Below are positions 37,894 through 48,122 of a stretch of DNA of 64,000 nucleotides, one piece after another. The stretch is from positions 6,054 to 70,053 of the forward strand of contig JBLINH010000001.1 in assembly GCA_047639165.1 (NCBI GenBank), read 5' to 3'. Below the pieces are notes generated by a model that made no database searches, had not been told where the DNA came from, and worked only from the letters and a program-made list of their open reading frames with translations. The DNA is from Minisyncoccia bacterium. GTDB lineage: Bacteria > Patescibacteriota > Minisyncoccia > Phycocordibacterales > JAACPR01. The translations under genes and the position numbers were made by a program. Each line of letters starts with the position of its first letter. The first letter of the stretch is position 1.

Positions 37894-38931
37894 TTACAAT
37901 ATAACCCCTCCACCTAAGCATTCGTCATCTTTATAGAAAACAACAGATTGGCCACTGGCTACTGATTCCTGTGTGTCTTTGAAGATTATTTCATCTTCAT
38001 GGAGTACTGCCTCTTGTAGGGGCTGTCTGTACCTAATTCGAGCTTCTATATCTCCTTGTACAGGATCTTTGACGAAAGAAACATCCTTTAGTAAAACTTT
38101 CTTCTTGGTTCCTTCTCCTTTTTTCTCACTGCTTACAGTTACTGTGTTTTTTTCTATGTCTTTTTCTATAACGTAATATATAGGATCATCAGTTCCCTTT
38201 TTTGTGATAGTAAATCCGTGCCTCTCTCCTATCGTATAGAGTACAGCACCATTGTGTATTCCTATGATATTTCCGTCTGTATCCAGTACATTTCCATCTT
38301 CTGTTTTGATGTGTTCTTTAAGAAATTCTTTCATATCTATATGACCGATGAAGCATAATCCTTGACTATCTTTTTTCTCTGATGTGAAAAGATTAAATTT
38401 CTCTGCTAGCTTTCGAACTTCACTCTTCTTTATGTTTCCAATTGGGAACATGGTTTTTTCTAGCTGTTCTTTTCTTAGGGTCCAAAGAAAATATGTCTGG
38501 TCTTTGTTTTCATCGATCGCCTTGAGTAGTTTTCCGTCTTTGGTTTGAGCATAGTGTCCTGTGGCTACAAAGTCTGCACCACCCTCAATGGCAAAATCAA
38601 AAAACTTACCGAACTTTATATATTTGTTGCACATTACATCAGGATTAGGAGTTCTACCTTCTTTGTATTCAGAGACCATGTGATCTATTACATCTTTTTT
38701 GTAATCGTCTGAGAGATCTATCTTTTTGAAAGGTATATCTAATTTGGCACATATTCTCATAGCATCTCGCATCTCTCTTTTCCAGTTACAATTTAGAAAC
38801 TCTGGGTGCCATATTTTTATAAACACTCCAGTAACATCAAAACCCCTCTCCTTTAGAAGAGCAGCTGAGACTGATGAATCTACTCCACCAGAGAGTCCTA
38901 CGTATACTTTCTTGTTTGGCATATGAGTCAT
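37894..38931 (-). CDS. mnmA: tRNA-specific 2-thiouridylase
   Basis: PP-loop VYVGLSGGVDSSVSA, and MnmA central and C-terminal regions. Confidence 0.9.
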   Translation of the reverse strand: MTHMPNKKVYVGLSGGVDSSVSAALLKERGFDVTGVFIKIWHPEFLNCNWKREMRDAMRICAKLDIPFKKIDLSDDYKKDVIDHMVSEYKEGRTPNPDVMCNKYIKFGKFFDFAIEGGADFVATGHYAQTKDGKLLKAIDENKDQTYFLWTLRKEQLEKTMFPIGNIKKSEVRKLAEKFNLFTSEKKDSQGLCFIGHIDMKEFLKEHIKTEDGNVLDTDGNIIGIHNGAVLYTIGERHGFTITKKGTDDPIYYVIEKDIEKNTVTVSSEKKGEGTKKKVLLKDVSFVKDPVQGDIEARIRYRQPLQEAVLHEDEIIFKDTQESVASGQSVVFYKDDECLGGGVIL

Positions 38932-38971
38932 TTTATAACACCATACTTAGCTGGGAACAACCCAATTACTT

Positions 38972-39973
38972 TTAATACAAGTGGTTTGCTTTGTTTTTCT
39001 TATGTCCTTCAAAAGTTTCAGCGTAGTACATCTCACCATCATGACCTGTAAGGAAATATAGATCATTAGTTTCAAAAGGCGCTGCTGCTGCTTTTAGAGA
39101 ATCAAAACTAGGATTTGAGATGGCAGTAGGTGGTAGTCCTTTGTTTGTGTAGGTATTGTATGGAGAATCTTCCCTTAGGTCAGCATTTGTTAAATCAAAT
39201 GTTCCCTTTCCTCTTTCGTATACAAAAGTTGCATCAACTTGGAGTGCCATATCAATACTCAATCTATGCCACAGTATATTTGATACTTCTTGCTTTGAAT
39301 CAGCACTAGCTTCCTTTTCAATTATAGACGCCATGACTACAATGTCTTGATTAGAATATTTTGAGCCACCTACTTCAAAAAGTGCTTTCTTAAATTTTTC
39401 ATTAAAAGTTTCTTCTAGTGTTTTTAGTACTTCATGTGCTTTTACGTTTTCCGTGAAGGCATAAGTATCTGGGAAAAGTATTCCCTCTTTTCCTTCTGCT
39501 AGTTGATAGAAAGCTTCTTTATCAAATCTTAAAAACTCTTGTTCAAACAATTCACCAATTTGTTTCATTGTAGCTCCTTCAGGAACACGGATATTTTTTG
39601 AGTTTATCCCGTAGTCTCCATTCGTTACTCTTTTTGCTACATCAAATACTGTTGGATTTTTATGGAATAGATATTCTCCTGAAACTGCTCCAGTGTCTCC
39701 TTTTTTAAGAATCACTAGTGTATTAAAGATAGTTCTAGATCTGATGACCCCATCATCTTTAAGTTGTTGAGCTATCTCTTTTAGAGTAGTTCCCTTCTCT
39801 ATTTCAAAAGAAAAAGGAGTTTCGTCTCTAGTTGGTCCTGAAGTTACAAATACCCAATACAGTGAAAAAATTAGTAATAGAAGTACAGTACCAAAAATAA
39901 CCTCTTCCTTATTTTTGTAAGGCGTAAAGTTAGTGAGATATTTCCTAACATCTTTTTTGTTTATTGTAAGCAT
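38972..39973 (-). CDS. mltG: Endolytic murein transglycosylase MltG (YceG-like), copy 1
   Basis: YNTYTNKGLPPTAISNPSFDSLKAAAAP is the YceG signature. N-terminal TM anchor. Confidence 0.8.
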   Translation of the reverse strand: MLTINKKDVRKYLTNFTPYKNKEEVIFGTVLLLLIFSLYWVFVTSGPTRDETPFSFEIEKGTTLKEIAQQLKDDGVIRSRTIFNTLVILKKGDTGAVSGEYLFHKNPTVFDVAKRVTNGDYGINSKNIRVPEGATMKQIGELFEQEFLRFDKEAFYQLAEGKEGILFPDTYAFTENVKAHEVLKTLEETFNEKFKKALFEVGGSKYSNQDIVVMASIIEKEASADSKQEVSNILWHRLSIDMALQVDATFVYERGKGTFDLTNADLREDSPYNTYTNKGLPPTAISNPSFDSLKAAAAPFETNDLYFLTGHDGEMYYAETFEGHKKNKANHLY

Positions 39974-39974
39974 A

Positions 39975-41213
39975 CTAAGTTGGAAGATTTGATGGTGCGA
40001 TACTTTTCTTAGAAGGAACACGCCCAAGAGTAGGAGTTCCTGCAACACTTCCTGGGAAATGGAAAATTGTGGCTAACTCTTCTGTGTTTAGAATAATCTT
40101 CTTTCTTTTATTACCTCTATAGTCGTCCTTCCAGAAATAGTCCCTCATCTTGTACGCCTTTAATATTTCTTTCCTCATTCTTTTAACTTTTCCTCCGAAA
40201 GGATCTTGCCATGGGTAGTTGAAGTCTGTAACCATTATAGGTTTAAAACTATTTAGATCAGGAGATCCATATTGTCTGAAGCTTCCAACTAGTCCTCCGA
40301 TGTTAACACCTTGGAACTCATCTTTCTCAGCTATGTATATTAATCTAACACCGGTATCAAAAGCAGTCTTAGATATACTTCTTTCTAGAGCTGATATCTT
40401 AAACTTCATTCCTTCTGTTTTGTTAGAAATTTTTGTTTTATTATCTCCTTCCCCGATCTCTTGAAGACTTCCTTCCTGAAGTTCTTTGACTAAAGTAGCT
40501 GCAGTATCTTTCCATAGGTCTGTTAGACCAAACCACTTATTAGGATCTCTATCTTCTTTTACATGAGCTCGTACAATGATTTGAATCCAGGCATTCTCAC
40601 CTTTTTTTAAGGACCCAAGAAATTCAATAACTGGAGTTATTGGATCAACCTTGAATTCTTCTTTTGGATCCTTATCTAACCCAAAGTCTACATACGTCTT
40701 AATTGGATATGGATCTGGTTCTGATAATCCCATCTCAATTCCAAACATTGAGTATTTACCTGATTCATCTTCAAACTTCGATGCATAGTCATCAACTTCA
40801 ACAACCTCAACATCCGGAAACTGTCCGTATAACTGTGATTCAATGTATCCTCTTAATGCTTTCCTAGTTTGTATATAGAAATGAACTTTTCCATCTGTTG
40901 ATGCAATCTCTAGAGAGAACCAAGCTCTAACTTTTCCGTGCCAGTACTTATCAATCCAAGTAGTTTCTCCACTTTTTTGTTGAAGAGCCAAAAGGAATAA
41001 TTCCATAGCAACTGGAGACTTCATCATTTCAATAGGAGGTATAACTTCAATAAGTGTCATCTCTTGAGAATTAATATAATCCCTTCTTCTATAGTCTATC
41101 CAAATTGAAATTGCGAAGTACGTGAAAATAATAGGAAGTACTAAAGGCAACAATAGTAATAGAAAGTCTAAGGACTCTAGGAGAATATCTAATAGTTCTT
41201 CTTGCATTTCCAT
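39975..41213 (-). CDS. Hypothetical membrane-anchored protein (412 aa)
   Basis: N-terminal TM and an acidic leader, with no recognisable domain. Confidence 0.45.
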   Translation of the reverse strand: MEMQEELLDILLESLDFLLLLLPLVLPIIFTYFAISIWIDYRRRDYINSQEMTLIEVIPPIEMMKSPVAMELFLLALQQKSGETTWIDKYWHGKVRAWFSLEIASTDGKVHFYIQTRKALRGYIESQLYGQFPDVEVVEVDDYASKFEDESGKYSMFGIEMGLSEPDPYPIKTYVDFGLDKDPKEEFKVDPITPVIEFLGSLKKGENAWIQIIVRAHVKEDRDPNKWFGLTDLWKDTAATLVKELQEGSLQEIGEGDNKTKISNKTEGMKFKISALERSISKTAFDTGVRLIYIAEKDEFQGVNIGGLVGSFRQYGSPDLNSFKPIMVTDFNYPWQDPFGGKVKRMRKEILKAYKMRDYFWKDDYRGNKRKKIILNTEELATIFHFPGSVAGTPTLGRVPSKKSIAPSNLPT

Positions 41214-41281
41214 GTTGAGATAATTTTAACACAAAATAAAAGACCACTGTACCTATACAGTGGTCTTTTATCTTTATAACT

Positions 41282-42310
41282 TTAAGCTATAGAATATTTT
41301 CCTTTTGAATCTTTCTTAAAGAATTTTGGATTTTGGAGGTTTACAATAATTGTATTCTCCTTTACGTATCTTTCTTTTAGAACTTTTCCAATAATCTGAT
41401 CTTTTGTTAGAGATCCGTTTTTGGTGATGACTTCTCCAATAACATCTCTGACTACTCCACTTAAGTATCCCCAATCCTTTAGAGCGTATAGCCCTCGTCC
41501 CACAAGAACAAATCTAGGATCCTTGATTAGTTCGTTATGACATGTTGCAACGTGCGCCTTTTTATCAAATAGTTCAGTGATAGTTTTAGCAACTTCTCTA
41601 AAGTGAATTGGTGATCCATGTCGTCTGATTACAAGGTAAGCGTAATCTCGCATTCCTTTAACATTAATATTTGGTGAATCAGCTCGTCCCCATTCTCCTA
41701 GCGGGTTTTGACTGATGTTCTTTGAAATTCCTAACCATCGACTTAAAATTACTGTATCTTTGTATTTGTCTGAAACTGTCTTTAGGTGTGTTAGGAATGA
41801 CTCCAATAGTTCTGATTCGTTGATGATCTCATCGATGCTTAGACCTTTGTATAGTTTTTCAATTGATTGGTGTACTTGTTCAGCAATCTTTTGATCAATT
41901 GCCCATCGTAGATGGAATCGATCGTTCTCTTTGAATTTCACAAAAGGATCTCCAAGAACTAGAAGAAAATGAACATGATTACGGATACTCTCATTCTTTG
42001 AAAGTTCCTCTAGAAGTTCTTGTTCTGAAACAATAGATCCTAGTGAATCGATAATATCTTTAAGTTCGTTAAAAGTTTCTTCTGATTTTTTGAAATCATC
42101 AGATTTTCTAATGTTTGTAAGAGAGTATTCTTCAATCTGCCTAACTCGCTCTCGAGTTATACCATATGATTGACCGATGGCTTCAAGAGTCATCTTTTTG
42201 ATGTCTTTTCCAAGACCATAACGTTTAATCAATACGTCCTGAGAACGTTTTGAAAGTGTCTCTAACAATTTTTTTGTAACTTGTTTTGGTTTAAAACTTA
42301 AGGTTGCCAT
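41282..42310 (-). CDS. Sigma-70 region-4 HTH domain fused to an uncharacterised C-terminal domain
   Basis: N-terminal LEAIGQSYGITRERVRQIEEYSL is a sigma70_r4-type HTH. The remaining ~270 aa are unassigned. Confidence 0.55.
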   Translation of the reverse strand: MATLSFKPKQVTKKLLETLSKRSQDVLIKRYGLGKDIKKMTLEAIGQSYGITRERVRQIEEYSLTNIRKSDDFKKSEETFNELKDIIDSLGSIVSEQELLEELSKNESIRNHVHFLLVLGDPFVKFKENDRFHLRWAIDQKIAEQVHQSIEKLYKGLSIDEIINESELLESFLTHLKTVSDKYKDTVILSRWLGISKNISQNPLGEWGRADSPNINVKGMRDYAYLVIRRHGSPIHFREVAKTITELFDKKAHVATCHNELIKDPRFVLVGRGLYALKDWGYLSGVVRDVIGEVITKNGSLTKDQIIGKVLKERYVKENTIIVNLQNPKFFKKDSKGKYSIA

Positions 42311-42425
42311 ATGTTGCTACATTTATTTTTCTGATAAGAAAACGAATGCGTCTAAGCAGTGCTCCGAAGATCTTGAATCACAGTTCTACCTAAATTATCA
42401 TTAATATCGTAATAAGTCAAGAGTT

Positions 42426-44783
42426 TTACACAACTAGGTTTATTAGCTTATTTTCTACAAAAATGGTCTTCTTTATTTCTTTGCCTTCAACCCACTTTTG
42501 GATTGAAGTATTGTCATGGATCATTTCTAAAATCTCTGTTTCAGGTGTATTTCTTTCGACAGAAATACTGTCTCTAACTTTACCGTTCACCTGAACAACT
42601 ATAGAAACTATACTATCCTCAATTTTCGATTCGTCAAATGACGGGAAGCTTTCTTTATGGATTGAATTCTTTTCTCCTAAGTTACTCCAGATTTCTTCTG
42701 TAATGTGAGGTGCAAATGGTGCAAGAAGTTTAAGAATTGTTCCATAAGAATCTTTAGAAACATGAGATTCTTTTTCAAAAGCATTTACAGCAATCATTAA
42801 TTGTGAGATTGCTGTGTTGAAATTAACACTCTCTATATCCTCCGTTACTTTCTTAATAGTTCTGTTCAAAAGAATTATATTTTCATCACTATCATTCTCT
42901 TCTTTCACAGACTCTTGAAGTTTCCAAACTTTTTCCAAGAATCTTCTTGGTCCAACAACACCATCTGTACTCCAGATTACGGGCTGGTCAAAAGGTCCCA
43001 TGAACATTTCGTACACCCTGAAAGAATCCGCACCTATTTGTGATATTACATCATCAGGGTTCACAACATTCCCCCATCTCTTACTCATCTTCCTCCCATC
43101 CTCTGCACCTATGAGTCCAACGTGTTGTAGCTTTTTAAAGGGCTCTGAATAGTTAACAACTTTGATGTCATACAAAAACTTATGCCAGAATCTTGCATAT
43201 ATAAGGTGTCTTGTAGCGTGCTCTGCTCCACCAACGTATAAATCAACTGGTGACCAGAACTTTTCCTTATCTATATCAACCAAAGAATCTGTATTATTAG
43301 GATCTATATATCTAAGATAATACCAAGATGATCCTGCCCATTGAGGCATTGTATTTGTCTCTCTCTTGCCTGCTCCATCACATTTTGGACACTTTGTATT
43401 AACCCAATCAGTAATACCAGCTAATGGTGATTCTCCTGTTCCTGTTGGTTCGTATGATTCTACTTCTGGCAGTATAACAGGAAGATCCTCCTCTTTAACT
43501 GGGACAGCTCCGCAAGCTCCGCAATGAACTATTGGAATTGGTTCTCCCCAATATCTTTGACGTGAGAATACCCAATCACGAAGCTTATAATCTGTTTTTA
43601 ATTCTCCACCAGCTTTCTCTGTTATTTTCTTCTTAGCTTCTTCTGAGGTTAAACCATCAAATTCAAAAGAGTTAATTATTTTTTTATTTTCATCTACAAC
43701 CTCTTTAATAGGTAGATTATATTTAATAGCAAATTCTTTATCTCTTTCATCATGTCCTGGAACCGCCATGATTGCTCCTGTTCCATAATGTGCAAGAACA
43801 TAATCTGCAATGTATACAGGAATACTTTCTTTATTTATAGGATTGATTGCAGAAATACCTTCAAGTAGTACTCCTGTTTTTTCTTTACCTTCAGAAGTTC
43901 TTTCTATTTCATTCTTTTTAGAAGTCTCTTCAATATATCCTTTAACTTCTTTTATATTTTCAATCTTACCTTCTAGCGAATGAATTAGAGGATGCTCAGG
44001 TGCAATAACCATATATGTAGCACCAAACAAAGTATCAGCACGTGTGGTGAATACTTCTATTTTTTCTGTAGCATCTTTTATATCAAAAGTAATATTTGAT
44101 CCTTCACTTCTACCAATCCAATTCCTTTGAGATTCTTTTATTGATTTTGGCCAATCCAATTCTTCTATATCATCAAGTAGTCTGTCTGCATATTCTCTAA
44201 TTTTTAGAACCCACTGTCTGATTGGTTTTTGTTCAACTATGGATCCACAACGTTCACATTTTCCATCTACCAAATCTTCATTAGCTAACCCTGTTTTACA
44301 AGAAGGACACCAATTTATTGGTTCATTTGATTCATATGCCAGACCTTTTTCATGTAGCTTAAGGAAGATCCATTGTGTCCATTTGTAGTACTCGGGATCG
44401 GTTGTATTGATTTCTTTGTCCCAGTCGTATGTGAATCCAATAATATCTAACTGTTCCTTGAATCTTTTAATGTTTTTTTCAACGGCAACTCTAGGGTGCA
44501 CTTTATTTTTGATTGCGTAGTTTTCTGCGGGTAAACCAAAAGCATCCCATCCCATTGGATGTAGAACGTTGAAGCCATTCATCGTTTTAAATCTAGAAAT
44601 TACGTCAGTTGCAATGTATCCTTTTGGATGTCCAACATGGAGACCTTCTCCTGATGGATAAGGAAACATGTCCAGAACGTAATATTTGGGCTTCTTAGGG
44701 TCATCAGAAGTTTTGAATGATCCACTTTCTTTCCAGGTATTCTGCCACTTACCTTCTATATTTTTATGATTGTACCTATCCAT
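42426..44783 (-). CDS. leuS: Leucine--tRNA ligase
   Basis: PYPSGEGLHVGHPKGY (HIGH), KMSKR, and a CP1 editing domain. 785 aa. Confidence 0.9.
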   Translation of the reverse strand: MDRYNHKNIEGKWQNTWKESGSFKTSDDPKKPKYYVLDMFPYPSGEGLHVGHPKGYIATDVISRFKTMNGFNVLHPMGWDAFGLPAENYAIKNKVHPRVAVEKNIKRFKEQLDIIGFTYDWDKEINTTDPEYYKWTQWIFLKLHEKGLAYESNEPINWCPSCKTGLANEDLVDGKCERCGSIVEQKPIRQWVLKIREYADRLLDDIEELDWPKSIKESQRNWIGRSEGSNITFDIKDATEKIEVFTTRADTLFGATYMVIAPEHPLIHSLEGKIENIKEVKGYIEETSKKNEIERTSEGKEKTGVLLEGISAINPINKESIPVYIADYVLAHYGTGAIMAVPGHDERDKEFAIKYNLPIKEVVDENKKIINSFEFDGLTSEEAKKKITEKAGGELKTDYKLRDWVFSRQRYWGEPIPIVHCGACGAVPVKEEDLPVILPEVESYEPTGTGESPLAGITDWVNTKCPKCDGAGKRETNTMPQWAGSSWYYLRYIDPNNTDSLVDIDKEKFWSPVDLYVGGAEHATRHLIYARFWHKFLYDIKVVNYSEPFKKLQHVGLIGAEDGRKMSKRWGNVVNPDDVISQIGADSFRVYEMFMGPFDQPVIWSTDGVVGPRRFLEKVWKLQESVKEENDSDENIILLNRTIKKVTEDIESVNFNTAISQLMIAVNAFEKESHVSKDSYGTILKLLAPFAPHITEEIWSNLGEKNSIHKESFPSFDESKIEDSIVSIVVQVNGKVRDSISVERNTPETEILEMIHDNTSIQKWVEGKEIKKTIFVENKLINLVV

Positions 44784-44784
44784 A

Positions 44785-45753
44785 TTAGAATATTGGTCGA
44801 GGCGTCTTTATAGGATTAATTTCACTTTCTAACTTTTCTGGATCAATAGTTCTTTCGAAACAAGTTTCTCCTTTAATATGGTTCCAAATCCAAGCGTCAG
44901 TTCCATAGTAGTCATCATAGTAGTACTCTCTTCTTTTTTCTAAGTAGTCTTGCTTTGAATTGAAATCTGCACAAAGCGTAAAAGTTTCAGTTCCATTAAC
45001 TGAATATTTATACGATTCATCGCTTTCAGGATCAACTGGTGGTTGAAAACCTCTTAATACATCTTCTAACTCATCAATTGATTCGGGTAATCTTTTCTTT
45101 GAAGTATAGAAACCGATAACTTCAGATTGAACAACTCGTAAATCATTTATTCTCTGTTCGTCAATTCTTGCGTCTCTTTGTTCACTTGGAGTTCCAATTG
45201 CGACAAATGCCCCCACAATAGTTCCTATGATTACGACAATCACACCGATCACTAATGACTTGTAGTATGAAGATGTAACATAGTCTCTCTTAAGGTTAGT
45301 AACTAGGTACCAGAAGATTACTAGAGGTATGATGACAAGTACTAAAGATTTAGTAATAAATCTTGTTGTAAGTTCTCCACTTAAGAAGAAGTTAAGAATT
45401 ACAATCATATCTGTAATAACTGTTATTCCAGCAATGAATAGTGTGAAGTATATTACCCACTTTCTTACCCAAACATCTCTTTGAATAGGATTAGCTTTAA
45501 TGTGTTTGTTTACAACGTTGGTAAGGATTAAAAATACAGGTGTGATAATAATCAAGGATGAAAGTGTGAATGTACTCACTGATGTTTCTCCTCTGTACAG
45601 AGCTTCATCTGGGAAGATTGTATTGATAACTTCAAAAATTAATATTATGTAACTAATAGTAAGCCAATAGAGTGAGGCCATCACCCCTACGTTTAAAAAG
45701 AAATCCTTAGGTGTAGCTTCGGGTTTTATCACTACGTTTGTTTCGTTTTCCAT
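44785..45753 (-). CDS. Hypothetical polytopic membrane protein with a C-terminal extracytoplasmic domain
   Basis: About 5 TM helices. Its end is coupled to the leuS start. Confidence 0.45.
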   Translation of the reverse strand: MENETNVVIKPEATPKDFFLNVGVMASLYWLTISYIILIFEVINTIFPDEALYRGETSVSTFTLSSLIIITPVFLILTNVVNKHIKANPIQRDVWVRKWVIYFTLFIAGITVITDMIVILNFFLSGELTTRFITKSLVLVIIPLVIFWYLVTNLKRDYVTSSYYKSLVIGVIVVIIGTIVGAFVAIGTPSEQRDARIDEQRINDLRVVQSEVIGFYTSKKRLPESIDELEDVLRGFQPPVDPESDESYKYSVNGTETFTLCADFNSKQDYLEKRREYYYDDYYGTDAWIWNHIKGETCFERTIDPEKLESEINPIKTPRPIF

Positions 45754-45794
45754 AGATTACATGTTACATCAGTTGTGGAAGAATTCAAATACAA

Positions 45795-45830
45795 TAAGGG
45801 CCCGGAGTTTACCGGACCCTCTTTAAATAT
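45795..45830 (-). terminator. Putative terminator hairpin downstream of ychF
   Basis: Imperfect 8-bp GC stem gggcccgg/ccggaccc with one mismatch. Confidence 0.35.
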
Positions 45831-45912
45831 TTGAAAATGCTTTTAAAACATTGCAAGTGTAATTGACTATTTTTGGAACTGTTTCCATCGTTTATTGTTC
45901 TTTCTGCGACCA

Positions 45913-47010
45913 CTATATTCTAAATTCAATGACATCTCCATCCTTCACTATATATTCCTTTCCTTCAATTCTAATCCATCCTTTTTCTCTCGCCTCAGCT
46001 CTTGATCCAGCTTCTAGTAGTTTCTCCCATTCGATTATCTCAGCACGAATGAACTTGTCTTTGAAATCCGTGTGGATAGCAGTTCCTGCAATTGGAGCTG
46101 GTGAATCTCTTTTTGTAGTCCATGCTCTAGTCTCGTCTTCTCCTGTGGTAAGGAACGTAATTAGATCAAGGAGTATATACCCTTTTTGTATTAAAACATC
46201 CAAACTTCCATCTGGAATACCCATTTCAGTTTTAAACTCTTTTTTCTCTTCTTTATCCATATCTTTCAGATCTTGTTCTGTACCAGCATCGAGTTCTGTG
46301 AAAATAGCAGAGTTTTCTTTAAAGTACATTAAAAGTTCTTGATATCTAGAATCATTCACATCATCTATGTTCTTTGCTCCAGTCTTCTTATTTAGGGCAT
46401 ACATCATTGGTTTTGATGTAAGAAGGTGAAGACTTTTTACAATCTTTTCTTCATCCTCATCCAAATCAAGTGTTGAAGCCAGTTTTCCATCGGATAGGAC
46501 TTTCTCTAACTTAGTAAGAACATCATTCTCTTTAACAGCTTCTTTGTCTCCTCTTTTAAGTTCTTTAGCAATACTGACCAACCTGTTAGCGATAGTTTGG
46601 GCATCAGCCATAATGAGCTCAAGATTGATAACCATAATGTCACTTAATGGATTAATTTCTCCATGGACGTGAGTTACATCATCATCTTCAAAAATTCTAA
46701 CCACTTGTAGTATAGCGTCTGTTTCTCTAATGTGAGAAAGAAACTTGTTTCCAAGACCTTCACCATCAGCAGCACCTTTAACAAGTCCCGCAATATCAGT
46801 GAACTCAACAACTGCTGGGATAGTTTTTTGTGACTTACTAAACTCTGATAGTTTGTCTAATCGAGTATCAGGTACAGGAACAATTCCAACTGATGGATCA
46901 ATTGTACAGAATGGGTAGTTCTCTGAAGGAACTGATTTTTTTGTTAGTGCATTGAACAGAGTGGATTTACCAACGTTTGGTAGACCTACTATTCCGATTG
47001 ATAGTGACAT
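45913..47010 (-). CDS. ychF: Ribosome-binding ATPase YchF
   Basis: GIVGLPNVGKSTLFNALT, and a C-terminal TGS domain. Confidence 0.9.
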   Translation of the reverse strand: MSLSIGIVGLPNVGKSTLFNALTKKSVPSENYPFCTIDPSVGIVPVPDTRLDKLSEFSKSQKTIPAVVEFTDIAGLVKGAADGEGLGNKFLSHIRETDAILQVVRIFEDDDVTHVHGEINPLSDIMVINLELIMADAQTIANRLVSIAKELKRGDKEAVKENDVLTKLEKVLSDGKLASTLDLDEDEEKIVKSLHLLTSKPMMYALNKKTGAKNIDDVNDSRYQELLMYFKENSAIFTELDAGTEQDLKDMDKEEKKEFKTEMGIPDGSLDVLIQKGYILLDLITFLTTGEDETRAWTTKRDSPAPIAGTAIHTDFKDKFIRAEIIEWEKLLEAGSRAEAREKGWIRIEGKEYIVKDGDVIEFRI

Positions 47011-47093
47011 ATGGATAGATGATATCGTATGTAGTTAGATCTAGCAATGATTAAATTGTATTTTAGAGCACATATTTTTTGTATATTATTACA

Positions 47094-47121
47094 AAAACAC
47101 ACAGCGTATGCTGTGTGTTTT
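47094..47121. repeat. Perfect palindrome AAAACACACAGC-gtat-GCTGTGTGTTTT
   Basis: 12-bp arms with a 4-nt loop. An A-run precedes it and a T-run follows. It lies in the divergent ychF/lysozyme intergenic region. Confidence 0.7.
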
Positions 47122-47356
47122 CAAATAGATAGGTTTTAGTTTTTAATTTCCGAACAAATCTTGGAGTTTTGCACGGGTCGCTTGAAACAACAGAATGTTT
47201 CAATTGGAATTTCTGAGTAGCTTGTTCTGTAAGTGAACCGAAATAATTAGTCTCATTACCAACTGAACCAACTCCAGAAGATGCTATCTGTGTATCCGGA
47301 TCACTATTTAGATGTTCTTGACATATACATATAATATATGTATAGTACTGAACGAA

Positions 47357-48067
47357 ATGAAAAAAATAGTGTTTTATCTGTCGGTTGTCATCTTGGTCGT
47401 CTTTTGTTCCAAAAGCGGACTAGTTAGACAAGTAATCAATCATCTGAAATACAATATCATCGGAGATCCTAATGAAATCGTTTTCGGGATCGATGTCTCT
47501 CATTACCAGGGTTACATAGACTGGGACAAGGTAAGTGAAAAACATCCTATTGAATTCGTTATAATCAGGTCAACAATGGGAGACGATAGGAAGGATCGAT
47601 GTTACAAAAAAAACATGGAAAAAGCTAGAGACCGTGGATTCATCGTTGGATCGTATCATTATTACGATCCGAACGAAAATTCCACGAAACAAGCGGAAAA
47701 CTTCTGTAATGTGGCAGAGGTTCGTACTGGAGACTTCAGGCCAGTTCTGGACATTGAAAACATAAGCAGTATTCAATCAGTGACGAAGCTGAGGAAAGGT
47801 CTCATGAATTGGATAAACATCGTTGAAAATAAATACGGTGTAAAACCCATCATCTACACAGGGCTCTCTTTTTACGAGACTCATCTTGAAGGGTACTTCG
47901 ACGATTGTCCTCTGTGGATCGCTGCATACTCAGAGCATCGACGTGATGAGGCCAAAGCTCATACAGACTTTATCCAGTTCACTGAAAGTATCAATGTGTC
48001 TGGTATAAAGGGTCCAGTAGATGGTAATGATATGACCAGAGGGATCATATCATCGCTACTCTACTAG
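47357..48067 (+). CDS. Secreted GH25 muramidase (lysozyme)
   Basis: Signal peptide, then GIDVSHYQGYIDWDKV...GSYHYY, which is the Glyco_hydro_25 signature. Confidence 0.8.
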   Translation: MKKIVFYLSVVILVVFCSKSGLVRQVINHLKYNIIGDPNEIVFGIDVSHYQGYIDWDKVSEKHPIEFVIIRSTMGDDRKDRCYKKNMEKARDRGFIVGSYHYYDPNENSTKQAENFCNVAEVRTGDFRPVLDIENISSIQSVTKLRKGLMNWINIVENKYGVKPIIYTGLSFYETHLEGYFDDCPLWIAAYSEHRRDEAKAHTDFIQFTESINVSGIKGPVDGNDMTRGIISSLLY

Positions 48068-48077
48068 AGAAGATATA

Positions 48078-48122
48078 AAAGCCTCGTTTGCGATAACACC
48101 GCAAACGAGGCTCTTTTTTTTT
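48078..48122. terminator. Bidirectional rho-independent terminator
   Basis: 13-bp stem agcctcgtttgcg/cgcaaacgaggct with loop ataacac, followed by a T10 run. Confidence 0.8.
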
